A stretch of 64,000 bases of DNA from NCBI GenBank assembly GCA_013265495.1, contig MU058221.1, positions 2,480,001 to 2,544,000 on the forward strand, given 5' to 3'. Source of the DNA: Vicugna vicugna. Taxonomy: Eukaryota. This document shows, piece after piece, positions 38,601-49,500 of the stretch. The translations under genes were made by a program, and so were the position numbers. The notes under the pieces were generated by a model. That model was not told where the DNA came from. It did no database searches and worked only from the letters and a program-made list of their open reading frames with translations. Numbering within the stretch: the first letter of the stretch is position 1; each line of letters opens with the position of its first letter.

Positions 38601-41600
38601 TGGATCAGAGAAGTAAATTTTCTGTCAAGATAAACTTTAGTAGTGAGCAAAGCGAAATCTGGAAAAGGAAAAAGATCCCGGTGTGCTTCATCTCATTTTT
38701 ATTAACGTGCTTTAATATTTACCACCGCCCTACTCGGTGGGCCAAACTGTCAGTGGAAGCGTTGAGCTACAGAGAAGATTCGGGAATTTCTCTGGAGGGG
38801 ATACCTTCAGTCTCATTTTGCAAACAGAAGCTGTCGATAACAGATGTGCTTCAAAGAGCTGGCAGTTTCCTAAGAAATAAGGGGAAAAACGAAATCCCTG
38901 AAGCCCCACCACACAGATACCAGGAGCCCAGTGCCTCTGGTCTGGCCTGACTTCTCGGCGTGTTTGCGGAAGTTGCTGTTTTGCAGGGCACACAGGTGGT
39001 GGAGTGCCTGGGCTAGCGAGGGGTGGGGGGGGAGGGTTGGCAGGGCACCAGCTCCGAGCCAGAGTCTTCTTTTCTTTTTCCTGAAGAGCTGAAAAATAGA
39101 AACACAAACAGATCCTTCCCCTCCTCCCCCAGCTGCCTTCATCCCTGTGCTTTGGGGCCCGTAGCCCCGGGCCAGCCAGTGGAGCCCCGCAGGCTGCATG
39201 CTGCTGGAGCTGAGGCTGGGTTCTGCTGCCCTTTGGGGCTGCTCGGCCGTGATGTCCAGAGACGCTGAGTCTCACCGGCCAACAGATTCAGGACCACGGC
39301 CAGAGCCCGTGTGTGAGGGCTCGACGGCACCCGTGCAGTTTTGAGTTTGACAGCACGGGAGGATGCGGTAAGTGATGAGACTCGAACGAAGGTGGGTGGG
39401 ACTTCTGGTCCCCCTTCTTCCTGAAGTCTCTGTTTAAGTTCTTAGGAGATCTAGCAGGTGTATGGCTCTGGGGAGGGGTCAGCTCGGAGAGGGGGGACTG
39501 GGGATCGGCTCTGTTGACAGAACTGGAAAGCATTGTTATATCAAGAAACAAACAAACAAACAATAAAAGCAATCACCAGCGGCAACTTTGCAGCACCCGT
39601 GTGAGGGGAGCTTTGTAAGCTCCCTGACTGAGGATTCCAGCTGAGCCTGACTGACAGAGTGTGTGTCCTCTCGCTTTCTTCCCACTTCCTGAAATAAGTT
39701 CCCCACCTTTCCCCTCCATGGAGATCAGTTCTTTTTATCTTACTAATATTTAATGTCCTCTTTAAATGAACCTCTTACAGCCACCTCTTAGAACCCATTT
39801 CTAGAAACGAGTTGTTCTGTCGGCCCTCCACTCTCCTCTGGTCTGTTTGTATAAATGCACCGTGTGACCATACAGTGGTGACACGGGGTAGGAACCAGTG
39901 TCACCTGAGGACTTACCATCAGCTGTATACATGATCCCTGATCATCTTCCCAGGAGCCTGCAGGCATGTCCTGGAACCACTGGTGTGTCCATTCTAGAGA
40001 TGTGGACGGCATGGTTCTCAAATCTCAAGTGATGCCCTGCCCAAAGGCCATGAGACCTGGGTCAGGCTCTGTGCTCCATGGTGAGCGGCAAAGTCAACTG
40101 AAAGGATGGGCCGTCCCTTAAGACGCAAACAGTCTTTTGTTGCTTCCCTGGTAAACATGCTCTCAACAGAGGAGTCAAGAGGGGCTCAATTCAGAGCGGT
40201 GACCAACAGGAGCAATTCCGCTCCCTGTGGGGGACAGTCTGAAGCTTGTGGCCCTCCCAAGTCACACTGTGGGTGGCCAGCCACATGTCACCACCCTCCT
40301 CCATCCACTGCTTTAAATCTTTGCATAGTATGTCGTTCTCAAAGTGGCCACTTACATCATCATCCCCTGTGACCCTTACCAGATCCTTAGGAAACAGGCT
40401 GAGCGGGGCTTCGTTTCTGAGTTTTATACCCAAGGACTTAAAGTCCAGAGAGGAGATGGTGTCTCTAAGTCCCTCAGCGACAGAGCCAGGACCAGCGCTC
40501 TGTCTGTAAACTCCACGCCTGGAATGTGTTCTACATCGTGAAACCTCCAAGGAAGGACAGCCCTGGGCGATGTCGAGTGTAGGGGGCGGCGCTGATAAGA
40601 CCCAAGTGAAACCTTGGCTGTTCAAGCAAGCTCTGAATCCCAGTTTTCAACATCAGAGAACCAGGTCCCCTCTGGCCTTCTCAAAATCTCAGCTGGTGAC
40701 CTGCCGCGATGCTCTACCATCTCGGTGGTGTCTCCTCCCCACGTCGATCACGGTCTGTTGTAGCATTTCTCAAACGCCTTTTCCATTCTCTCCCCTCTAA
40801 AGGGAATTTTTGGGCTTCCCCCCAGCAAACGTCCCCTCGCTCTGAAGTTTTAACACCGCAGATGTTATATGACTTTTATTATTTACATACCGTGTGTGTG
40901 TCTGTGCTTCAGATACACGGCTACTAAGATTTGTTTAAAGGTCAGTTCTGAATCCTTTGACCCAGTATTGCCCTCCCTGAGAATGCATGCTGTCGCTCAG
41001 AACTATGAATCGAGTAAACAGAGTTTGAAAAAAGAAGACGGAGGAAAGCAGAAAGGGAGGGAGGGGACAGAAAACAAAACAGCAAACGGTAAAACAAGTT
41101 TGCAAAGACACAAAACCTTGAACTGAAGGTGGTCCTCATTCTCCACTAGCTGCGGCTTCCCTGGTGGGAAAGATCCATGTGTCGGGTTTCACTCTGGCCA
41201 AAGGCTTTGCAACGTTCGGTCCAAAGCTGGGGCAGAGCATTCTTCAGTCGCTCTGCGAGCGGATTACAGGGAACAGGCTTGGAACAGACTCGTCTTTGAG
41301 GAGCTAGGGAATTCTAGGAGCGGCGCAGAGCGTTTCCCCTGGCCAGGCAGGCGCTCTGTGCGTGGGGTTGGGGAGGCGCCTTCCCTAGGGGGAGTCTGTG
41401 AATCCGCAGCGTTGCCTGTGGGCAAGCAGCAGCGAAGGCGAATGTGTGCAAAATCACTTCCGCTTCCCTCTCCCTCCTCCGTGCCCTGCCTCCCAGACCA
41501 GAGACGAGAAGGAACGCCCCAAATCCCCAAGACAGAGGAGAAGAGAGAAGCCTGGACGGCGGGCACTCACTCGCCCTTGAAGCTGGACCTTGGACTCTGC

Positions 41601-42149
41601 CTCTTAACGCAGGGAGCTCCTCTCCCAGAAGAGAGTCCACCTCAGACGTGCTCTCCCTTTGTCACACCTGCTTGAGCGGCATCAGACTGTGGCTGTTAGT
41701 AGGCAGAGAAGAAACAGCTTTAAATAAACACCGGCAAATCTGTCGCAGCCGAAGGTGCAGGCTCAGCGTCTCTGGGTCAGTGTGATGTAATGCTGTCGCT
41801 CTGAGATGAGAGTTTGGGAGCTGGGTGACGATCGCAGGCTGTGTGGTGGCCTTCCACCTGCAGGAACTGGCTGCAGAGAGCCAACAGCTCAGATGTGGAA
41901 ATGAGATTTGCTGTGTTGCCAAAGAGCCCCGGGAGTGACCCTGCCTTCAGCTGGCCTCCAGACCGCACACTTTGCCTCCTTAAATTCTCCTTTCAGACCT
42001 GGTGCTTGCAGGAACTCAGGTTTGGGGACAGCATCCTGTCACAGGAGAAAGCTGGGGCCGCGTGGCTTTGGTGTCCCTGTGGTGCTCAGCCTCCCCCTGG
42101 CTGTGTGTGACCTTAGTGCATTTTTCTTTTATTAAAACAAACAAAGCCT

Positions 42150-42350
42150 CCACTTACTTAGCACCTACCAGGTGCCAGGCACCGTTCTAAGCACTTGGCA
42201 AAGACTATCTCACTTCATTCTCACTAAGAATTTATTTCATTCTCCGAACAACCCTGTCTGCAGTTTACAGATGAAGGGACTGAGTGTCAGAAAGGTTCAA
42301 TAACTTGCCAAAGGCACTCAGCCCAGGTGAACCCAAGCATTTTGTCTCCA
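42150..42350 (-). mobile_element. MIR
   Basis: agcacctaccaggtgccaggcaccgttctaagcact...ttacagatgaagggactgag...taacttgccaaagg. Confidence 0.8.
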
Positions 42351-42374
42351 GAGACAGTGGTTGGCGCCCTCACT

Positions 42375-42560
42375 GTGGTGAGTGGCCTTGGGCAAGCCAT
42401 CGAACCTCTGGAACCTCAGTTTACCGACCTATAAAATGAGGATGCTAGCACTCCCCTGGACAAAGAGCAATGACGGTTTGTTGCAGGGTTTGCACGAGGA
42501 AAGGTTTAGGATGCAGCAGGCTGTCGGGCACCTAGTAGACAGACCATGTAATGAACACTC
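42375..42560 (+). mobile_element. MIR
   Basis: gtggccttgggcaagcc...aacctcagttt...ctataaaatgaggat. Confidence 0.7.
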
Positions 42561-42869
42561 CCATGGGGGTGGTTGCCATTCATAAATGGATCAGGCTGAA
42601 GTGGAGGCCTCTCCGTCACACACTCACGGCGAGCCTGGTGGACCTAGACTCTTGGCACCGTCCTCTTGCTCATCCTCACCTGCGAGTTAACTTGGTCTCT
42701 GGTGCATTCAACAGATATCTCCTTAATCCCTGAACAAGGAATGTGATGTCCCTTTGACTGAAAGGCTTGACCAGTACAATTAGAGCTAAAAAGCCTGAGC
42801 AACCTGTTCGCCTGGACAACCAGTAAAAGAGTGAGGCTGAATTCCAAGAAGGCCCATTATTTTTAGAAT

Positions 42870-42872
<3 letters not shown>

Positions 42873-42916
<44 letters not shown>
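42873..42916. repeat. (AC)22 microsatellite
   Basis: Read directly from the sequence. Confidence 0.97.
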
Positions 42917-42919
<3 letters not shown>

Positions 42920-44429
42920 CTCAGTGCCGGAAAATATAGATTTCACGGGAGATGCAATCTCTGTGGAGCAGACAGTGAGACAGAATCACAGGACGCGTGG
43001 TGGTTCTGCAGCTGAGGGACAAACGACAGGATTGCTTTGGTCAGCTGAAGACCGATGGCTGCATTGTCCCAGTAATTGTGTGTAGCTTGGCTTTTCCAGA
43101 CCTTTCTGCGGCGGATTCATCCAGCTCTCCCGTTCCACTGAGTGAGCCTTCACACTTTCATCCAAGGCTGCCCAGAGCTGGAGGTCCCTGCGATACATAG
43201 TTGGCAAGACTGAGAATTCTTAATTTAAGGTAAACACACTGATGGTCAACGGCTAATAATCCGTGATTTCTGAAGAGGACGTTGGTTTAGGGAGACAAAA
43301 TATGCTTGGGAGATTCGATCTTTATCCTGGCTTTATTTTAAGCCCTATACACTGGCGGCAGATGTGATCTTAAACGTGAGCAATAGCGTGTGTTGTTTCA
43401 TTGGAGAGGCACAAGGAAGACTTTCCCGTCCAAATGCGCATCACCCAGCTGTTTAGCACCTAAAGTTCTAGCATTAGAACAACTTCTAGGTCATTGCCCA
43501 CCCACCCAAGGATCTTTTATTGGAGCTGCAGAAACCTCTGGGTAAAATTGTTACCACCAGCCATGCATCAGTGTTCTGCTAGGACACAGTTTTCACGTTT
43601 TTTAAGGAGTGGCTGGTAAAGGGGTTGCTGGCAGTAGGCGGAGTGGAAAGGGAGCATTTTGATGTGAAGTATTTGGAAAGAGTTGGCATCTACGTGGCCG
43701 TCTCTGAAGTATCATGGAGACTCCTGAAAAGGGGTGTCAGGCGTGGGGTGGGGCGGGGGCACAAAAGAGGCCGCGGTGAGCGCCAGCCTTTGCCATTGCC
43801 ACACTCCGGCTGGAGGAGGAGAGGGTATAGGAGTGTGTGTACGATTGTCCAGAACGCCTTCTGTGGGACTTACCGACTTTTGTGTCCTGAGCAAGGCCAG
43901 CCCTGCTTCATAACGACACAGCCAACCAGAGACGGAAAGGCAGGTGGACATGGAATTTGGGAGCTCGGCTTGGGGGTGGCGTGGACCTACTGACCTCTCC
44001 TGAGCTGAGTCTTCTTGTCTAAACAATGGGGCAAGTTTGTGTCTGCCTTCTGAGACTGTCGGGAGAATCAAAAATCAATAAAATAATTGTAAAGAGGCCC
44101 GGGTAAGCTCCCGGGCGCTCAGAGACGAATTCCAGGCACGTCTGTGCGTGTGCTTCTTTCTCACAATGTCGGCCACCAGGTGGCGTCGGCGAGGCCGGGG
44201 CCGCCTCAGCACTGACCCCTCATCCAGCCCAGCCCAGCCCAGCAGCCCAGCCCAGCCCAGCGCCCGGTGGCCACCAGGCTGCCTTGAAGAGCGGCGGCCG
44301 GACGTCAGACGCGTGGCTCCTGTAGGCTGCTGAGCTGCGGGGCTGGTGATTCTCCCGACGCAGTTTCTCAGCCTTGCCTGAATTTTACCATCACCCCGGG
44401 AAGTCTTAAGACATCTCACCCAGCGTTAG

Positions 44430-44550
44430 CTCTCATGATGGTGGTGGTGGTTTCAAGGGTGTAGACATCTATCAAAATTCATCCAATGGTACAACTGAAA
44501 TAGGTGTCGTTTACTGTGTAGGAGTCTTACCACAATAAATGCTGTTAATG
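44430..44550 (+). mobile_element. Old L1 (L1MB/MC-like) 3' terminus
   Basis: atggtggtggtggtttc...tcaaaattcatccaatggtaca...accacaataaatgctgtt. Confidence 0.55.
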
Positions 44551-44682
44551 AAAAAGATCTCCTCGCCAAGGGCACATTCCAGCTCAGTTAAATCCCAGTC
44601 TCGCGGGGAGGGACCCAGGCATCCGTTGGTATTGAAGCCCCCGGTGGTTTCAGTGCGCAGCCAGGGCTGAGAAGCACCTTGC
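44550..44682. mobile_element. MER5A-like DNA transposon remnant
   Basis: gggacccaggcatc...aagcccccggtggtttcagtgcgcagccagggctgagaagcac. Confidence 0.55.
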
Positions 44683-45679
44683 TAGCTGAGCCCAAGAAGG
44701 GAGGACGCAGCTAGAAGATATATTTTCCCCCCATAAAGCTGGGAGAAAAATGGCCTCTCAATTTTATATTGAGAAGAAGCAGATAGCCAACCTAGGAGAT
44801 CAGAATAAGGCAAGAAAGGACCAAGAGGCGTTGCAGCGTCGGGCTGGTGCACCACAGCTGCTTGCGATGACCAACATAAAGCACAAATCTTGGACCGCCC
44901 CCTCCTCTCTCCACCCCTCCCCCTTCCTGCCATCTTCCTGGAGGGCTCTGAGCTGCTAATATTAATTGTGGCCACTTGCTCAGGCCCGGTAAGTTCTTTC
45001 TGGAGTCCTGGACAAATGTCTGTCTGTGTTTTCTCCCTGCCCCCGCCCCGCCCCCACCACGGTGGCATCCATCAGGCTTTTAGTAAAAAGGAGGCGGCTT
45101 CGTAGCAGACCCCTGTGGGTGCGTGTGAGTTGAATGTGTCCTCTGTAGGGTTTCCTTTCATCTTTTCCTGTACTTTCTAAAACCCCTATTTTCCACCCAC
45201 ACATGCCTGTTCTTTCTCATCTGTTTTCCAGCATCCCCACCTCCCTCTGCAAAGAAACCCTAGTCTCTTTGTGATTTTTTTTAATCTACCTTTTTCTCGT
45301 TCGTATGCAGGCAAGCCTGATGAGTCAGAGTATCTGGGGAATGGGAGTGCAGGGGGATTTCCATTTTCTGGTTAGGTGGCACGAGCTGGAGAACCACTTT
45401 CTGTTCTGTGTTTCATTGTGAGGGGAGAATGGTGAACTAGAAGCCCCGAGCTGAAAGGGTCCGTAGGGAATCCCTGCATGAATCCTCCTAGAGGCAGAGA
45501 GAAAGATGCTCACGCAGTAAAGATGATCGCCAGGTGACCCTGAGGCCCGGGAGTCCCAGCACCAGGGCTAAAGGCAGTTTCTCCTGACTTCGAGACCCTG
45601 TGTCTTCCAGAGCAGAATTAACCAGGGCTGGTCACAACTAAATGGCATTTTTCAGGTGAACTCTTCTGTTCTCTCGTAA

Positions 45680-46291
45680 TGTTATACGCCCATGAACCTC
45701 ACCCATCTTGTTGGGGGAGAAGAGGTTCTTGCCTCGCACAGGGAAGAATTCAAGAGCGAGGCGTGGGAAAGTGAGCGCAGGTTTGTTTAGGGAGGTGCGC
45801 CCTCCATGGACAGAGGGGGTCCGTCTCACGCAGAAGGGAAGACGGCTCAGGAGACACGTATCCCACAGGCAGAGCGTGGGCCGTCTCAGAAAGGCGGGAG
45901 GGAGAGAGGCTGAGAGGTGTGCGGGCGTTTAGTTTGCAGTAGAAGTAGATACACGCGCCGTAGACACAGTGTGGCCGTCTCAGAAGACGAGAGAGCGACC
46001 GCGAGGTGTGCGCATGTTGGTTTTCATGGGCTCGGTCATCTCATAGTCTAACAAGCAGGAGGGTTATTCCAACTACTTTGGGGAAGGGGATGGGATTTCT
46101 TGGAGTGGGGTCCCCCAGTCCACCTTTTGACCTTTTATGGCCAGCCTAGGTACTGTCATGGCGCCTGTGGGCACACCGTGAGGCTCAAGGTCTACTGGAA
46201 GTCGAACCTTCCGCCATCTTGGTTCTCACCACAATGGCTGTGTCCTTCCTTCAGTGGTTGTGCCCTGCCTACCTCCCTCCCACGTCCATCA
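45680..46291 (-). mobile_element. Solo ERV LTR (ERV1-like)
   Basis: TG...CA bounded. Shares the gaagaattcaag...gag...aaagtgag layout with the LTR at 5063 and has three internal ccgtctca repeats. No convincing TSD. Confidence 0.6.
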
Positions 46292-46420
46292 GTGTTGCCT
46301 GCCTGGCCCCAAATGCCCTTCATCTTGCAATGCCTGCATCTCTAGTCCCTCCTGCTTCTAAGGTCTGAGGTCATTTCCCTGATTGCTGTGCTCACACTCA
46401 CTGGACGAAGCACACGGATT

Positions 46421-46536
46421 GTTTTGAGGGGAGATAAGTAGGCTGATGTATTTATTTGATGGAGGTACTGGGGATTGAACCCAGGCCCTGCTGCGTGCGG
46501 AGCATGCAGTCTGACCCTGAGCGACACCCTCCCCCC
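46421..46536 (-). mobile_element. tRNA-derived SINE (Vic-1-like)
   Basis: ggaggtactggggattgaacccagg body. TSD agcacacggatt / agcacactgact. Confidence 0.8.
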
Positions 46537-49500
46537 AGCACACTGACTTTTAAACGCAGAGCCCGCTCCCACTGCAGAGGCCTCCCCGGCGTATTTGGAG
46601 AAGGGGAAGGCCCCGGCAGAGGGGCTGAATTTGTTCAAGTATCAGAACTCCTGCTGGAAGGAATATTAAGTTTCTCATCTTCCTTCTTGTTAATTAAATA
46701 TCCACTGCTAACTTGATTTTTCCCCCCTGTTTCCTAAATGAGGTGTTGCGAGAGGAAAAGTGGGTCAATGGAGGGTTCTGACAAGTTTCGTCCCAGTTAA
46801 TTTCGGTGTTTGCCATATGCTGTTCTTTGAGACGCGTGTGCCAACTGCAGGTCCTCGCGCAGATTAGCAACCAACCTGAGGGGTCTTAATTTAGACTTCC
46901 AGCTCTCTCGCAGGGGAGAAGAGGATGAACAGGGAGTGGATGGAGGCGAACCAAACCCTGACACATCAGGAAGCCCCCCCCCCCAGCAGAGCTGGAGCGC
47001 AGCGCGCTGGGGCAGGTGGTCGCAACGCTTCATCGCAGGGCATGGAGTTTCTCAGCCTCCACACCCTCAACGGTTTAGGGTAAGAAATTCCTTGTTGAAG
47101 GGGGCTTCCTGGGCGTGGTGGCGTATTCAGCAGGGTCCATGACTTCTGCCCACGGAAGGCTGGTGACTTCCCACCTCCATGCGTGGAAATCACAAATATT
47201 TGCAGGCAACGAAAGGGTGGGAAACGAACAAGACGCTCACGCCTGTGCTTCTCGCTGACCTGACCTTGTGACTAACACGCCCCCCGCCCTGCGCACTCTT
47301 TTCTTAGAATCACTTCCCCTTTTGCCCTGGAGGTCTTGGAAGAAGGTCATGGGCTGAACCTCAAGAAAATGAGTACAACCCTCCAAAATTCCCCCATAAA
47401 GACTCCGCAGCAAGTTCCTATCAAGGCGACGGGAACACAGCCCCGCTCACACCCTGGTGGTTGGCGCCCCCCGTTCCCGGTCTTCTGCAGAAGCCCAGGA
47501 CCCCTCCCCCAGGGCGGCTCGCAGTCCTCAGGGCGGCACCCTGCTGCGGCTCCCTCTGCCCGGCAAAGCGGTGCAGCTGCTCTTCTCTGATTCTCCCAGA
47601 ACTCTGCCTCCAGCTCTCAGTCCGGCTCTCAGGGCACAGGGGCTGGTTTTTCGGCAACGACGTTACCAGTTGGTTGGGTAACAGACTTGCCCCCGAGTGA
47701 GAAGCACCACCATGGAGACATAGTCCAGTGAATGAGCGAGAAAGGAAGGTGACTGAATCCCCAGCAGTGGTCTATAGATGCTCACACGTCATTCTCTCCG
47801 AGTCCAGAATCCTCCGGTGAGAGGTTGGGCTGGATGGTTACCCGGACTTTCCGCTGCTGGAAGCCTCCGAGAGGTCCGCTCTGTCGGCAGAGTCCTGCCT
47901 TCCCCTTTACCAGAGGTTGGGGCAAACGGAGTCATGATGAAAATGCTTGGATTCGAGCATTGCACTGTGTCATCCAAGAAGAAGGTGGTGAGGTGGTCCC
48001 GTTGGCCCAGCCGTGTCCTAGGGTCTTTGCTGGGTGCAGGAGGGAGGGAGGCAACCATTCAAGGAAGTCAGGAACAGGGTGGAGTGGAAGGGCCACCAGA
48101 CTGGCCCACGCTTCCAGTTACCAGCTGCGTGACTTTGCACAAAGGGCTCAATGTCTGTCAGCCACAGGTTCCTCGTGTAAAGAAAGGATCTAGAAAGGCT
48201 CCCATACCACGCAACAACTCAGTAAACACCTTTCCTCCATCTCATTTACGTCTCCGACTGAGCCTTAAGTATGTGATGGCCTTTTGCTTTGAGCCAAAAG
48301 CCAGAAACTGTGTCCAACTGAGGAAGAGCAGGAGATGGAGCCCAGTGAGGAGGATGAATTTTGCCTCCTGGATCCCCGCGGGGGGCAGGGTACAGAGCAG
48401 AGCGTCTCGCAGAGGAGAAGTGTTCCCGGAGCCCTGGTGGAGCTTAGCCTTAAGAGCACGCCCTCCCAAGCGTGCTTTGCTGGCTCCCACCACTAGGTCG
48501 CAGGCGTTCACTCTCCTCTGGCAGGAGCCTCTGCAAAGCCTCCACCAACAGCGACTGCCGCCTGAGAGTACCCCCAGCCACCTCAGCCCTCTGCGCCTGA
48601 ATGGCGGCTGGCTTTTCCAGATCCTTTCCTGGATAATAATTAGATCATGGAAGAAGAAAGTTGGAGGGTGGTGAATGCCGGAGGGCAGCTCTATCACGTG
48701 GTCACACGCGTGGTTGCAGTATCTGAGAACAGACCATGTGTGTGTGATTATTATGTGTCATGTTGTGTCACGTACATATCTGTGTGTGTGTGTGTGCGTG
48801 CGCGCCCCCAGCTGTTCCCAAAATATATTTCAGGAGCCTGAGTAATAGTGTAATAGTCACATTCCAGCTAATTCCTTGCTGTTTGACATTCCATCCATGG
48901 AGAACCCAAATCAACCAACGTAGCCACCTATCTAGAGGCGATGATGGATGTTTATTGGCTCTACCCCCAAACAGTACAACACCTGCTCTCCAAAGCAGAT
49001 CTAAATTCTGGCCTTTGGCTAATGTTCCCTGAGAGGGGTGTCTTATGCCTTTCATTTCACCAGGACGTGTGACCCACCAGTGACCCACCAGTGCCCCCCC
49101 CCGTGGATCTGCCAGGCAGAACAGGGGCCACACCTGCTGACAAGTCCACACATATAACCCGGAAGCACAGGACGCCCCCTGAGCCCTCCAGTGATCTGTG
49201 TGCAGCTGCTTCGGAAACTTGAGATGAATAACAAGTGGTGTTTGCCCTTCTAATTACTTACACATCCTCGTAAATGTGTTGTTGACGCTAAGTCGTACCA
49301 AATGTCTCCTTCCCAAAGGCAGGGAGAAAGGGGTAAGGCTCTCTGACACTTTGAAGAGCTGCAGAGAATATTCAAAGTGAATTTTAAAAGGTTCCTTTTA
49401 CGGGAACCACCTTTTCTTTGCGATGGCAACTTGGCAGTCTTGTGAGTCTGGGTCTCAACTCTTGGGGCTGGAGTCTGAGCACCTGGGGGCTGCCTCTGCC

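Noticed and set aside
47778..48674. 298-aa + strand ORF
   Set aside because: No recognisable domain, runs through a MIR-like segment (about 48110-48190) and has no supporting gene structure.
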